From Rhynchopus sp. YZ270_cl-10 (lineage: Eukaryota): a stretch of 64,000 bases of DNA. The translations under genes and the position numbers were made by a program. Below the pieces are notes generated by a model. That model saw only the letters and a program-made list of their open reading frames with translations. It made no database searches and was not told where the DNA came from. Location of the stretch: positions 1,736,001-1,800,000 of the forward strand of contig OZ037841.1 of NCBI GenBank assembly GCA_964035575.1, written 5' to 3'. Positions 36,440 to 50,100 of this stretch are shown in pieces; positions within the stretch are counted from its first letter, which is position 1; each line of letters opens with the position of its first letter.

Positions 36440-37863
36440 GGGGTGGCCCGGGCGCGCAGGGAAGTGGCGCGTTGTGTTTTTTCGGAAAAAATCATAAAAA
36501 GTCACAACATTATGAAAAAGAATCTTGTGATTTTTTGTGATTGTTTGTGATTATTTGTGATTTTTTTTTTGGTTTTTGTGATTTTTTGTGATTGTTTGTG
36601 ATTATTTGTGATTTTTTTTTCGGTTTTTGTGATTGATTGTGATTTTTTGTGATTATTTGTGATTTTTTTTTTGGTTTTTGTGATTTTTTGTGATTGTTTG
36701 TGATTTTTTGTGATTTTTTTTTTGGTTTTTGTGATTTTTTTTTTTTGGTTTTTGTGATTTTTTGTTGGGTGATCTATGATCGTCTCCGTGAGACACGTAA
36801 CAGGCTGCGAGAGCCTGTGAGAGTCTGTGAGAGCTTACTGAGAGTTAGTGGGAGCTGTGAGAGCTTACTGAGAGCTTATGAGGTCCTGTGCTGTGGTAGT
36901 GCACAGTACATAGAGTATACACAGTCACGCCGAAAACACTTGCATTTGCATTTCCGGAATCCGTCCGGCCAGTGGTGGGGTCAATTTTCCGAAATGGACA
37001 AGTTCTCGTTTTTGGTCAATTTCCGCAGTATACACAGGGGATTGGGAACAGTACAGTACAGTTGTGTGGTGGGGTCAATACGCCGAAATGGACAAATCCG
37101 TGATTTTTGTCAGCATCAGGGGCAAGTGAAAACATAGAGAGGATGAGGAACAAGAAAAGGGTGAAAATGGGCCGCCCGCCGCAGTCGGAAGCTTTTATAT
37201 GTCGTGCACTTTTCCAGGTCTGAAGACGATCTGACCACATTGTCCCAGTATAACATACACCCAATAAATCCATTGGAGAAGGAACATGCCATCATTTGCG
37301 ATGACAGCGTCATGTGGGCGGCCAATCCGATGTTGCGCGGCGGCGGCTTGGTCTTACGCGCCTTGAGAGGCGGCTCGACCCTTCCAATGAACACAAGCGT
37401 GTGCAGCTGGGTGGCGGCTATGTGCTGTAGACAGCGCAATGTAACAATTGCAGTCGGGGGGCGCGTCGGTTTCCGGAGTCGCTTCGGTAACGGGGGTCGC
37501 GTCAGTGTCGGCGTACACCACCTCTACCTCCTCCGTTGGAGTCGGTACCTCGTGCTTGGGGAGCCTCCGCCAGCTCCCGTGCCTTGGCAATCGCCAAGAT
37601 AAACAACTGTCTGAGGCCGGCTACGCTTTTCGCTGCCTCTTTACTCGCTTCTGAGTGTGTGGTGATTATTGATCTCCACCCTGTTCAGATTGCAGGAAGT
37701 CGACCAAATGTACCGTGACTTTGTAGTAGTTGTTTGTGATTTTTTGTGATTTTTTGTGATTTTTTTTTTTGATTTTTGTGATTTTTTGTGATAATTTGTG
37801 ATTTTTTGTGATTTTTTTAAATTTTTTTTGTAAAAACTAAGCGCCGTGCCCCCGGGCCACCCC
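36440..37863. mobile_element. Putative TIR element with subterminal (TTTTTGTGA)n arrays
   Basis: 13-bp TIR GGGGTGGCCCGGG / CCCGGGCCACCCC; arrays at ~36525-36760 and ~37730-37815; no exact TSD (GGCAAAT vs AGCAAAC). Confidence 0.55.
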
Positions 37864-40800
37864 AGCAAACACAATCGAGGCAACGACACTACTCCAACAT
37901 AATAAATAATTGGGAGTGCAAGATCACGACATTTTGATAGCAAAACCCTGGTCCCACAAACTTGTGGTCCAGGGGACTGTCGACACAAACAAGAATTGAG
38001 ACAGACCTACATAAGGGTAGTGTCCACATAAAGTCATTGTACCCCCTGCATAGTAGCATTTAACGTCGTGTTTTATCCCTAGTGATTCAACTCTATTTTT
38101 TTGTGACCTCCCTCCCCAGACCCCTTTTCACTGATGTTTACCCCCACCCCTCCACAGAATCTTATTAATATTTGTATCACCCCCCCAGTCTTTCTTTTTT
38201 GTTCGTGTTTCACACCAGTTTTGTTACTATAATAACCACCTGAATTGCAAAAAATAGCCCCACCCAACGCCTGCCAACACCCCCCAACACCCTGCTAATT
38301 TAGGTGGAATAACCCCGTTCTTCTCCTGCACCCCCTCGCGAATCTTCCCCTCCTCCTTCTGTAGCTCACTGACGCCGAACTGCTCCTTGTGTGTGATGCT
38401 ACCTTTATTCGATTGTTGGTGTGGAAAAAAAATGTTTCTTGAAATTCTTCTTCTGTGCTAACTGCTGCTGTTGTTGTTGTTTTCTTTCGTGCGTTGTGCA
38501 CAAAAAAATATAATAACAACAGTAGTTTTTATTGCAACATGGTGAGACATTGGGTTTGTGTACAGGCCTGCAAAAATAAATGACTCCCGTACCCCCGCCC
38601 AAAACAATCAACAAATGATTCATTTTTCGTATCTTGTCCTTGTATCTCCCAAAGCAGCCTTGTAGAGACGAAAGTACTCTTTTTCAAAAAAAGGCAGTTT
38701 TGCTCACATTGTTTTCTCTCCTTAAGGTGCCTCTAGCATCGAGGCGTTTGTAAAAATAAATGTTTTTTTTGTACACCCATCTTTCGATTGAAAAGAATAT
38801 CTTAATCATTTTGTACACCCCTGCCCCAATTTGTTTTGTCTATTTCTGGCTCTTCATTTCCCCTTCAGGTCTTCCTGAAGGGAAAAAAACTTGGATTTTT
38901 GCTTCAACGAATCTGATCGGGAGTTTTGCTATACAGTACTCCAAAAATGATATTGGCTGTCTAAAAAACTGGGCGTAAATAAGTTTGGCGGATTTGGACA
39001 TTTTGGCGACTTTTTTTTGGACACCAAACACATTGGGAGTACTGTAGTTGAACCCTCTGAATCAATTCACTGCAATTGCAAGAATGCTTTTTTGAAGATG
39101 GACAAAAAAATTTTTTGTGGGAGAAAAGCCTTTTCTTTGACCGACAAAAGAAAGAAAGAAACCGTAACCCTGCAGAATCCTGACTGATACGTAGCTCGAT
39201 GTATATGCTGACTTCTTTATTGGGTCGTGTTGGGAAGTGTTCATGGTCCGCATGACGTCTGCATGCGATACATCAGTGCCTTTGCCTTTGCTGTGTGTCA
39301 AGTCAGGTTGCACTTCAAAACTCCTCACCCTCTCTTTGTTTTCTTATTTTATTAGTGTTCCCAATTTTTATTTTAACAAGCATGCTCATTTTCTTTAACG
39401 TATTTTTTGGAACTTTTTTCGGTGCCCAGTTCACACGAGAAGGTTCACCTCAACTTTTCTTTCTCTCTATTTTTTTTTTTGTAGCATTTTTGAATAATCA
39501 CGGACACTGTAAGGCGGAGCAGACCTGAGAGGTATCTTACAAACAGTTCTTTTTTTACAAGGTGACCACGAGAGGCTTAGGTTTATCTTATATTGGTCGA
39601 CAAATTATCGACCGTAAAAAAATGTTTGGCGTTTTCAAGATTTTTCTGGAAATTCGACATTTTTTACGGTCGAATATTTTTACGAATAGTATTCGATGCG
39701 GGAAACTTTTCTTTTTATTTTCATTTTTACCCAAGTTGGCAACAAGACCTACGGACAAACAGCGCGCACTCATATCGTGTATGGCGTTGTTCTTTGGTAT
39801 ATGGGGCCTCATAGCCTCAGTGGGGCTATCATGCACCGCCAAGATCAAAATATATGTGTGTGATCAAATGTGGGTATTTCCTCAGTGGGATCCTCATCAC
39901 CCGTGTGCGTGTTTGATAATTAATAAGGGAGGGGTTCTTGCGCAGAAGATGGCCCTATGTGTGTGTGGGTGTCGCTGTCTACGAGTATATGCTTCAAGCA
40001 ATGTGTTGAGGATCGTGTCGGAAGTGCTTTCAGCACTCCCAACTTAGCATCGTTTTGTACTTTTTTTCCCATATGTGAGGCTCCAACAAAACAACCCCCC
40101 TGGACTCAATCACAAAGGCGTCGGGCTGCCATTTGTTCCAAGTGGCACTCCATGTCGTTGTGCAAATGCTTTCAAAATAGAGAAAGTAAAGCGTCTCATT
40201 TATTTCTGATCTCATTTTCCATTCAGGGGAAAGCCTTTGGCGTTATGCGCTGGAGACAGTTGGTCATTAGTATCTTTTCCTTAAGCAGTGCACACGTTTC
40301 CCTTCCACACCCACACCCCACCCCACCCCTGTCCTGTTCCCTACTACCCTCTCCTTGGTGCTGGGCCTGCTTGCTGGCTCGTTTTGCACAACGGGTGTGA
40401 CGGGGGGCACATTCAATTTTTTTGTCCGGTTTTGTTTCAACAACTGCATTGCCTGCTCTCTTTTGGTGCGTAATAGCAGGTGTGCCTCTATGGCTTGTCC
40501 TCCCTCCAGAAGGCTCTCCTTTTTGAGCATTCCCCCCCTTCCTGTCTGCTGTAAGAGAATTACGGTCTATCAGCAAGAAAAGACGCAACCGAGGAGAACG
40601 GGCAACTCTGCCTAGCTAAGCAGTGTGTGGCTTCGCTGCAGTGAAGAGAGAACCAGCATCTCTGCTCCGTGCACAGCGTGGTCAGCCCTGCAGCGCCTTG
40701 GCGTAGTTGTAAAGAACCCTTTCATAGCTTAAGACACTATTGGAAGTAGGTCCTGGCCTCACAGCTCCCGTTTCAATTAGAGAACACTCTGACACTGTGG

Positions 40801-41368
40801 CACGAATGTGTTTGCGTGACCCGCGAACGTCACTACAGAGCTTTGTACTATACCACTCCTTCTTTGTGTAGGCAGTTTTTTGCGTTGTTGTTGGTCTTTT
40901 TCTGGTTCCGAGCCTGCCAAGATGTCAGTTCTTGAAGCAGGTGAGGACTAAAGGGCACCTGGGAATATGTCACTCTCTCGGCGAGAATGTGCCCCAGATG
41001 CCCTTCATCTTTCATATGTCTGCCCACCCGACATAAGAGTCACCCCGCCTTGTGATATCTTTATTGATGCTCAGTCGGAGGCAGCTCCCATGTAATACCT
41101 TCCTAAGAATCATTTATGTCTTTCAGAAGTTTGTTTGTGTGTCGGGTGGTACTTTTCTGCTTGTTTTGTTCACCGAATGTGTACACACCTGTGGGGCACA
41201 TTCATCTTTCACATTTTATCTATCTGTCAACGACTAGAGGTAAATACATAAAGCACATCGCCTATCTTTTTTGACATGTTCCTCTCTTCACATCTTCACA
41301 CACCCACATCAACAGATACATGGGTTGGGCCTTCCTCCCACAAACAACGCTGCTGCAGCAACAGAACA

Positions 41369-44300
41369 ATGCGAGGACACACCATGTACGCCGCAGTCGT
41401 CTTTTTACTGCTTGTGTGTGAAGTGGTGTCGCAGCCGACTGAAATACCGTGTGATCGGGCCGTTGTGACTGTGGTGCAGTTCACAGACAAGGATAACATT
41501 CAGCTCCCCGTGCCGCCCAGTGAGGAGACACTGTTTGGGGGTGTGGTTCAGGTTGACATGGACGTTGTCATTAACGCATACACAGAAAATGGTCGTTTTG
41601 TGGAGTTTGCAAATGGTCAGGGTAGCGACAACTTTATGATTGGACAGTACGGAACTGCAGGAAAAATGTACGTGTCCTCCACTTGGTCAACACAGCGGAT
41701 ACGTGTGATCTACGAGACGGCACCCCTGCCGTTGGGACAGAAGTTTCACGTTCGGGTCGTTGTTGTCCCTATTGACACTGCGACAGCAAACTACTACATA
41801 TATCTTGATGGCACGCTTGTAGCCGACGGCGTCAGTGAGGCACTCAGATACGTCACTCGCTCCATGTTATTGATTGGCACAAGCACTTTTGTAGATCCAA
41901 GCGCCCCAAACTCCCACGAACCCCTCGACGGGAGTGTCACTGATGGTATCCTGAAAATGTGCCCCGATGCCACACCTGCACCACCTACAGCTATTCCGAC
42001 TGCAGTGCCCGATACGATCCCAACTGCAATGCCGTGCACTCGCGACATTGTGACTGTGGCACAGTTCACAGACAAGGATAACAGACAGCTCCCCGTGCTG
42101 CCCAGTGAGGAGACACTGTTTGGGGGTGTGATTCAGGTTGACATGGACGTTATTATCAATGCATACACCAATTACGGGCGTTTTGTTGATATTGGGAACG
42201 GCGTCAGCAGCGACAACCTTATTATTGGACAGTACAAAGACACAGGGTATCTGTATGTCAGCTGCACTTGGACAGATCCGAAGTTACGTGTGATCTACGA
42301 AACACAGCTGCCGTTGGGAGAGATGTTTCATCTTCGGGTCATTTGCGTGCCCATTGACGACGCGACATCAACCTACTACGTGTACATCAACGACGTATTT
42401 GTCATCGAGGGACCCAGTGAGGCACTCAGATACGTAACTCGTTCGCATTTCTTGATTGGCGTAAGCAGCTTCACCATCGGATCAATACCCCACATAGACC
42501 TCGACGGCAGTGTCACGAACTATATGATGGTAATGTGTCCTGAGGAGACACCTGCCCCGCCAACTGCTATTCCAACAGCAGTGCCCACAGCAGTACCCAC
42601 AGCAGTGCCAACAGCAGTACCCACAGCAGTGCCCACAGCAGTGCCCACAGCAGTGCCCACAGCAGTGCCCACAGCAGTGCCCACAGCAGTGCCCACAGCA
42701 GTGCCCACAGCAGTGCCCACAGCAGTGCCCACAGCAGTGCCCACAGCAGTGCCCACAGCAGTGCCCACAGCAGTGCCCACAGCAGTGCCCACAGCAGTGC
42801 CCACAGCAGTGCCCACAGCAGTACCAACAGCAGTGCCAACAGCAGTGCCAACAGCAGTGCCAACAGCAGTGCCAACAGCAGTGCCCACAGCAGTGCCCAC
42901 AGCAGTGCCCACAGCAGTGCCAACAGCAGTGCCAACAGCAGTGCCAACAGCAGTGCCAACAGCAGTGCCAACAGCAGTGCCAACAGCAGTGCCAACAGCA
43001 GTGCCAACAGCAGTGCCAACAGCAGTGCCAACAGCAGTGCCAACAGCAGTGCCCACAGCAGTGCCAACAACAACTCCAATAGCTGAACCTACTGCTTTGC
43101 CCACAGCTGTACCAACAGCAACTCCAACAACACCTGCACCACCAACACCTGCACCTCACACTGCCACACCACCGACAGTGCCACCTGCAACACCAGCACC
43201 AACAGAGACGACAACAGCACCACTGCTGCGAGACACACCGACAAGCGGTATCAAAGCGTCTGTGAAGGAAGACCTGAAGAAGGCGAACACGGCTGCTGGT
43301 GCTGCAGCAGTTCTGGGTGGTGGTGCAGGGAACGCAGGGAAGTTGGCTGTGCTGAACGGCTTTGGCTGTCAAATGGACGACGTGGATGTGGGTGAGGATC
43401 CACTGGACTGGGAGTTCCACCCGACAACGATATCACTTGGGAGTGCAGTTGGGCGGTACAAGCTTGCGGCGATGGTGATGAACCCTGTGGTTGTGGTGTG
43501 CATTGCGCTGCTGGTGCTGTGTGCAGCTGCAGTCATGCAAGCAACACTGGGGTACGGACGTGAGAAGGCAATCAGTGTGACACGGTTTCCTGGGATACTG
43601 TACGTCCCATACTTGTTCTTGCTGCAGGGGACAAGCCTTGTGGCGGCACAGGTTGTGTTTGACCCTTCACGCTACCCAACAATGGTTGCAGTGCTTTCGT
43701 ACGTGATACTGGCACTGTGTCTGCTGTCGCCTGTGCTGCTGTACACCGCTGTGCTGCGCCATGTGAAGAGAGAGGCGGAGCTCTTTCCAGACCCTGCGAT
43801 TGTGGGGAACCCAGCGACAGGCGAGCCTGGGAAGCGTTCCACCAGTGCTGTGTACAAGTTTGCGTTTGGGACAGACATCTGGGTGTCACGACAGAGCTAC
43901 TTTGCAGAGAAGTACGGGAACTGCTTTGAGAACGTGAAGCCGACGTGTCTGTGGTACATCCTGTGTGAGCTTGCGGTGATTCTGTGTCTGTCGCTGTTGT
44001 CTGGATGGCAGCCCACCTCTGTTACGTCCTGCAACACACGCAACATCTTCATCACGATTCTGCTGGTGCTGTTCTTTGTTGCAACAGTTGTCAAACGTCC
44101 GTTCTTGTCTGCGATGGACAACTTGATTGCTGTTGTGCTGAGCCTGTTGCTTGCGTCTGCAGTGTTGGGGATGACGATAGCTATTGCGGCAGAGTCATCT
44201 AAGGACAGTGCACTGTACGCAATCAGCAGTGTGTGTCTCTTGGTCTCTGCACTGATGGTGATGGTTAAGTGTTTGTGGGACTTTGGGATCTACGCCATTG

Positions 44301-44698
44301 ATGTGCTGATCTCACGTCGCAGTGGTGCGCGTGAACAGGCGAGGTCTGAGGACACAGTGCTGGTGAAGAATGATTTTGAGCTGGAGCTCGCACTGAGCCC
44401 TCAGAATTCGGACCCTCTTTCGGATGTGCCATATTCTGCTCAGACATGTGTCCAGCCTTCGTCTGCTCTGATGGGGAATATCGCTACGTCTGGCTTCCCG
44501 TTTCCTGAAGACGCACCATACACTACGCACACTGAAGACCCACAGAAGCAACACGACACTGCAGTCCTCTCGAAGAGCAGTACACTGAACTCCTCCAGAC
44601 GTGATGTGCTGCCTTTGTCTGTTGCTGAACGTTCCATTGCGCCGTGTCCTGCGCAAGACTCTTCACGATGGAAAGAGGCTACGAGTATTCGACTGTAG
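41369..44698 (+). CDS. Multi-TM surface protein, paralog 4: signal peptide, two ConA/LamG-like domains, (PTAV)n stalk, ~7-TM core
   Basis: Likely ATG 41369 or 41384 (MYAAVVFLLLVCEVVS); two tandem Cys-bounded ~170-aa domains with RFVEF.NG..SDN, LPLG..FH, Y.YLDG/IND, LLIG and LDGSV motifs, resembling Laminin_G_3 by eye. Confidence 0.88.
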   Translation: MRGHTMYAAVVFLLLVCEVVSQPTEIPCDRAVVTVVQFTDKDNIQLPVPPSEETLFGGVVQVDMDVVINAYTENGRFVEFANGQGSDNFMIGQYGTAGKMYVSSTWSTQRIRVIYETAPLPLGQKFHVRVVVVPIDTATANYYIYLDGTLVADGVSEALRYVTRSMLLIGTSTFVDPSAPNSHEPLDGSVTDGILKMCPDATPAPPTAIPTAVPDTIPTAMPCTRDIVTVAQFTDKDNRQLPVLPSEETLFGGVIQVDMDVIINAYTNYGRFVDIGNGVSSDNLIIGQYKDTGYLYVSCTWTDPKLRVIYETQLPLGEMFHLRVICVPIDDATSTYYVYINDVFVIEGPSEALRYVTRSHFLIGVSSFTIGSIPHIDLDGSVTNYMMVMCPEETPAPPTAIPTAVPTAVPTAVPTAVPTAVPTAVPTAVPTAVPTAVPTAVPTAVPTAVPTAVPTAVPTAVPTAVPTAVPTAVPTAVPTAVPTAVPTAVPTAVPTAVPTAVPTAVPTAVPTAVPTAVPTAVPTAVPTAVPTAVPTAVPTAVPTAVPTAVPTAVPTAVPTAVPTAVPTTTPIAEPTALPTAVPTATPTTPAPPTPAPHTATPPTVPPATPAPTETTTAPLLRDTPTSGIKASVKEDLKKANTAAGAAAVLGGGAGNAGKLAVLNGFGCQMDDVDVGEDPLDWEFHPTTISLGSAVGRYKLAAMVMNPVVVVCIALLVLCAAAVMQATLGYGREKAISVTRFPGILYVPYLFLLQGTSLVAAQVVFDPSRYPTMVAVLSYVILALCLLSPVLLYTAVLRHVKREAELFPDPAIVGNPATGEPGKRSTSAVYKFAFGTDIWVSRQSYFAEKYGNCFENVKPTCLWYILCELAVILCLSLLSGWQPTSVTSCNTRNIFITILLVLFFVATVVKRPFLSAMDNLIAVVLSLLLASAVLGMTIAIAAESSKDSALYAISSVCLLVSALMVMVKCLWDFGIYAIDVLISRRSGAREQARSEDTVLVKNDFELELALSPQNSDPLSDVPYSAQTCVQPSSALMGNIATSGFPFPEDAPYTTHTEDPQKQHDTAVLSKSSTLNSSRRDVLPLSVAERSIAPCPAQDSSRWKEATSIRL
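42570..43070 (+). repeat. Coding 12-bp tandem repeat, (PTAV)n stalk
   Basis: Units CC[C/A]ACAGCAGTG. Confidence 0.95.
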
Positions 44699-46748
44699 TT
44701 GTTTGCAAATGCATTGTAGTAGCCTCTATATAGGGTATGGTCAGATAGTATCGAAATCGGCGCGCAATGCGGGGTGGCCGGAATGTAGGTGGGGGAAGTT
44801 TTTGTCTGAGAATGGGCCCACTTATTCTTTTATGACATCGACTCCACCACTGCACGGGTGGATCCCACACCTATTATACGTGCATACATTTGTCTTTTCC
44901 CCTTATATTGTTATGGCTGACCCACATGAAACATTTTGTTGATGACCGTGCACGAGAGGTACATTCATTTTTCAAGTTGTTCGTCTCTCTTTTCAAATAC
45001 TATCATTCTCGTTTTGCTAAGGAGGAGTTCTTTGACCAGAATTTGTGGGATATTATGCAGGTCAAGTTGTGTTCAGTAGTATCTCATTGATTGTGGAAGA
45101 CGAAAGCACTGTTGGGAACTTTCGCTAGTGAATTCAAGGCACAATATTGCACGAATATTTGCTTGGGGATTCATGTGTACCACACAAACCATGAAAAAAC
45201 ACGGTATCCAGAGCCTTTGTTGTTTTACACTCAGAGAGCAAGGTCCACGTTGAGTGTTTGTATTTATCGAAATGTAGTTTTGCAGGCAAAGCTGCCTTTT
45301 GAGATGTCTTCCGTATGTCTTGGTTTGTGTTGTGTTGTCTGCGTGTGTTCTTTTCCCCAACTTCTAGTCGAGAGATGTGTTCTGTGAGGCGCATTCATCT
45401 TTCTGAATAGGAAGACTCCTTTTTTATACATCTGTCCAGCGCCATCGCTACGTTTTCAGATTTTTATTGAGTTCTGTTTTGAGACTGCTATTTGCGCACA
45501 AGCGGAACAATAGCTGTATCACATTCAAGGCTTCTTACCGCTGATCTCATGATATACCATCCATGCGTGAGTGCATATATTTTGACGTGGGTGTTTTCTA
45601 TGCAGACTATTGCCCATTGTTTTTACGTGTCTCGCGTGCGAAAATCATGTACTGTTAAGTTAGCGGGAACAGCACATTCACACTTTGTCTTTTTTTTTTC
45701 TTTTTCGTTCCAAGTTTGTTTGTTTTTTTTTTATTGCCGTGCACTGCTTGTTTATACGACATCTTCAAACCAACAAAACCAATCCCCCTGGACTCAATCA
45801 CAAAGGCGTCGGGCTGCCATTTGTTCCAAGTGGCACTCCATGTCGTTGTGCAAATGCTTTCAAAATAGAGAAAGTAAAGCGTCTCATTTATTTCTGATCT
45901 CATTTTCCATTCAGGGGAAAGCCTTTGGCGTTATGCGCTGGAGACAGTTGGCCATTAGTATCTTTTCCTTAAGCAGTGCACACGTTTCCCTCCCACCCAC
46001 ATCCCACCACCCACCCCTGCCCTGTTCCAGCTTCTCCTTGGCAGTGCTGGATCATTCTGATCGTTGTCCAGTGAGCAGTGTGGCCTTCTGCTTGTGCCTG
46101 TTCTGCGTGATTCTTTTTTAGAGGCACGGTCATGTTTCAGAGAAAACCAACCTTGCAGCACGAGAGGTTTAGGATCATCTAATAATTTTTTTGGGCCTAC
46201 CTGTTTTCATTAACCCGACACCTTCTTGCATTATATCGTCCTAGCTGACCCTGTGGGTGTTTGTGGGGAAAAAATGGGACCTGTCCGCAGCTTGCACAGA
46301 CGTGCCACGTGGTGTCACTAGCGGAGTATGCACACGGTCTCACAGGTGCCCTTTTGCGATTGTACTCGACACAGGAACAACCTCCCACATAACGTTCGGA
46401 GGTGTACCTGTACCAGAGTAGACGCTATTCCCTCACCTCTCTTATGCATGCATGCGAGGCATATTCATCTTCACTTATTCTCATAGTTTTCTGTGTTCTG
46501 CGGTACTATCGTATTTAGGTGTGTGCACGAGTCACATTCACCTTTTCGGTTCCTTTGTTGCCAGTAAGCTCGTAAATAGAGTACACCACCTATCTTTTTT
46601 CACATATTCCTTTCCTTGATTGTAACCGTAGTCCTTCACGTGATGCTTGCTGTGTAGTGTGTCTTTATCTTTAAGGCACATACCCACATCAACAGATACA
46701 TGGGTTGGGCCTTCCTCCCACAAACAACGCTGCTGCAGCAACAGAACA

Positions 46749-46975
46749 ATGCGAGGACACACCATGTACGCCGCAGTCGTCTTTTTACTGCTTGTGTGTG
46801 AAGTGGTGTCGCAGACTGAATTGTCGTGCACTAGGGTCGTTATGACTGGTGCAGTTTACAAACAAGGATAACAGACAGCTTCCACTGCCGCCCACTGAAG
46901 AGTCTTGGTTGACATGGACGTTGTCATTAACGCATACACCAATTACGGGCGGGTTGTTTAGTTTTGCGAACGCAT
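46749..46975 (+). pseudogene. Degenerate 5' fragment of a LamG-type paralog
   Basis: Same leader and signal peptide as paralogs 4 and 6 (MRGHTMYAAVVFLLLVCEVVSQ), then frameshift, stop at 46869-46871 and deletions in the domain sequence. Confidence 0.8.
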
Positions 46976-47183
46976 GGTCGACACAGGTTTTGATACTGGG
47001 ATAGCTAACCGCCCCTTGTTTGGCCTGTCTGCAGCGTTGCACCGAAGGTGCACGAAGACAAGCCAAGGCATTAGCATCATACCTGTTCAAATCAAAACCA
47101 CGTTTTCATTTTTCACTTCAGAACATAACCACCCTCTCTGTACCCCACCCACCCTTCACAGATTCAACACGCAAACCACAACA

Positions 47184-50100
47184 ATGCGTGCCTTCCTTTT
47201 CACTCTTGCATTTGTGTCTGTGCACCCATCGCCACCTACGCCAGCACCGATCCCAACTGCAATGCCGTGCACTCGCGACATTGTGACTGTGGCACAGTTC
47301 ACAGACAAGGATAACAGACAGCTCCCCGTGCTGCCCAGTGAGGAGACACTGTTTGGGGGTGTGATTCAGGTTGACATGGACGTTATTATCAATGCATACA
47401 CCAATTACGGGCGTTTTGTTGATATTGGGAACGGCGTCAGCAGCGACAACCTTATTATTGGACAGTACAAAGACACAGGGTATCTGTATGTCAGCTGCAC
47501 TTGGACAGATCCGAAGTTACGTGTGATCTACGAAACACAGCTGCCGTTGGGAGAGATGTTTCATCTTCGGGTCATTTGCGTGCCCATTGACGACGCGACA
47601 TCAACCTACTACGTGTACATCAACGACGTATTTGTCATCGAGGGACCCAGTGAGGCACTCAGATACGTAACTCGTTCGCATTTCTTGATTGGCGTAAGCA
47701 GCTTCACCATCGGCTCAATACCCCACATAGACCTCGACGGCAGTGTCACGAACTATATGATGGTAATGTGTCCTGAGGAGACACCTGCCCCGCCAACTGC
47801 TATTCCAACAGCAGTGCCAACAGCAGTGCCAACAGCCGTGCCAACTGCAGTGCCCACAGCAGTACCCACAGCCGTGCCAACAGCCGTGCCAACGGCAGTG
47901 CCCACAGCAGTACCAACAGCAGTACCCACAGCAGTGCCAACTGCAGTGCCAACAGCCGTGCCGACTGCAGTACCAACAGCAGTACCCACAGCAGTGCCAA
48001 CAGCAGTGCCAACAGCAGTGCCAACAGCCGTGCCAACAGCAGTACCAACAGCAGTACCAACAGCAGTGCCCACAGCCGTGCCAACAGCAGTACCAACAGC
48101 AGTGCCCACAGCCGTGCCAACAGCAGTACCAACAGCAGTACCCACAGCAGTGCCAACAGCAGTACCAACAGCAGTGCCCACAGCCGTGCCAACAGCAGTG
48201 CCAACAGCAGTGCCAACAGCAGTGCCAACTGCAGTACCCACAGCAGTGCCAACTGCAGTGCCAACAGCCGTGCCGACTGCAGTACCAACAGCAGTACCCA
48301 CAGCAGTGCCAACTGCAGTACCAACAGCAGTGCCAACAGCCGTGCCAACAGCAGTACCAACAGCAGTACCCACAGCAGTGCCAACAGCAGTACCAACAGC
48401 AGTGCCCACAGCCGTGCCAACAGCAGTGCCAACAGCAGTGCCAACAGCAGTGCCAACTGCAGTACCCACAGCAGTGCCAACAGCAGTGCCCACAGCAGTG
48501 CCAACAGCCGTGCCGACTGCAGTACCAACAGCAGTACCCACAGCAGTGCCAACTGCAGTACCAACAGCAGTGCCAACAGCCGTGCCAACAGCAGTACCAA
48601 CAGCAGTACCCACAGCAGTGCCAACAGCAGTACCAACAGCAGTGCCCACAGCCGTGCCAACAGCAGTACCAACAGCAGTACCCACAGCAGTGCCAACAGC
48701 AGTACCAACAGCAGTACCCACAGCAGTGCCAACAGCAGTACCAACAGCAGTGCCCACAGCCGTGCCAACAGCAGTACCAACAGCAGTACCCACAGCAGTG
48801 CCAACTGCAGTACCAACAGCAGTGCCAACAGCCGTGCCAACTGCAGTACCAACAGCAGTACCCACAGCAGTGCCAACTGCAGTACCAACAGCAGTGCCAA
48901 CAGCCGTGCCAACAGCAGTACCAACAGCAGTACCCACAGCAGTGCCAACAGCAGTACCAACAGCAGTGCCCACAGCCGTGCCAACAGCAGTGCCAACAGC
49001 AGTGCCAACAGCAGTGCCAACTGCAGTACCAACTGCAGTGCCCACAGCAGTGCCAACAGCCGTGCCAACTGCAGTACCAACAGCAGTACCCACAGCAGTG
49101 CCAACTGCAGTGCCAACAGCCGTGCCGACTGCAGTACCAACAGCAGTACCCACAGCAGTGCCAACAGCAGTACCAACAGCAGTGCCCACAGCCGTGCCAA
49201 CAGCAGTGCCAACAGCAGTGCCAACAGCAGTGCCCACAGCAGTACCAACTGCAGTGCCCACAGCAGTGCCAACAGCTGAACCTACTGCGCTACCGACTGC
49301 TTTGCCAACTGCTGAACCCACAGCAATCCCAACTGCAGCACCAACAGCAACTCCAACAACACCTGCACCACCAACATCAGCACCTCTTACACCTGCACCA
49401 CGAACACTTGCACCTCACACTACCACACCACCGACAGTACCACCTGCAACACCAGCACCAACAGAGACAACAACAACAGCACCGCTGCTGCGAGACACAC
49501 CGACAAGCGGTATCAAAGCGTCTGTGAAGGAAGACCTGAAGAAGGTGAACACGGCTGCTGGTGCTGCAGCAGTTCTGGGTGGTGGTGCAGGGAATGCAGG
49601 GAAGTTGACTGTGCTGAACAGCTTTGGCTGTCAAATGGACGACGTGGATGTGGGTGAGGATCCACTGGACTGGGATTTCCACCCGACAACGATATCACTT
49701 GGGAGTGCAGTTGGGCGGTACAAGCTTGCGGCGATGGTGATGAACCCTGTGGTTGTGATGTGCATTGCGTTGCTGGTGCTGTGTGCAGCTGCAGTCATGC
49801 AAGCAACACTGGGGTACGGACGTGAGAAGGCAATCAGTGTGACACGTTTTCCTGGGATACTGTACGTCCCATACCTGTTCTTGCTGCAGGGGACAAGCCT
49901 TGTGGCGGCACAGGTTGTGTTTGACCCTTCACGCTACCCAACAATGGTTGCAGTGCTTTCGTACGTGACACTGGCACTGTGTCTGCTGTCGCCTGTGCTG
50001 CTGTACACCGCTGTGCTGCGCCATGTGAAGAGAGAGGCGGAGCTCTTTCCAGACCCTGCGATTGTGGGGAACCCAGCGACAGGCGAGCCTGGGAAGCGTT

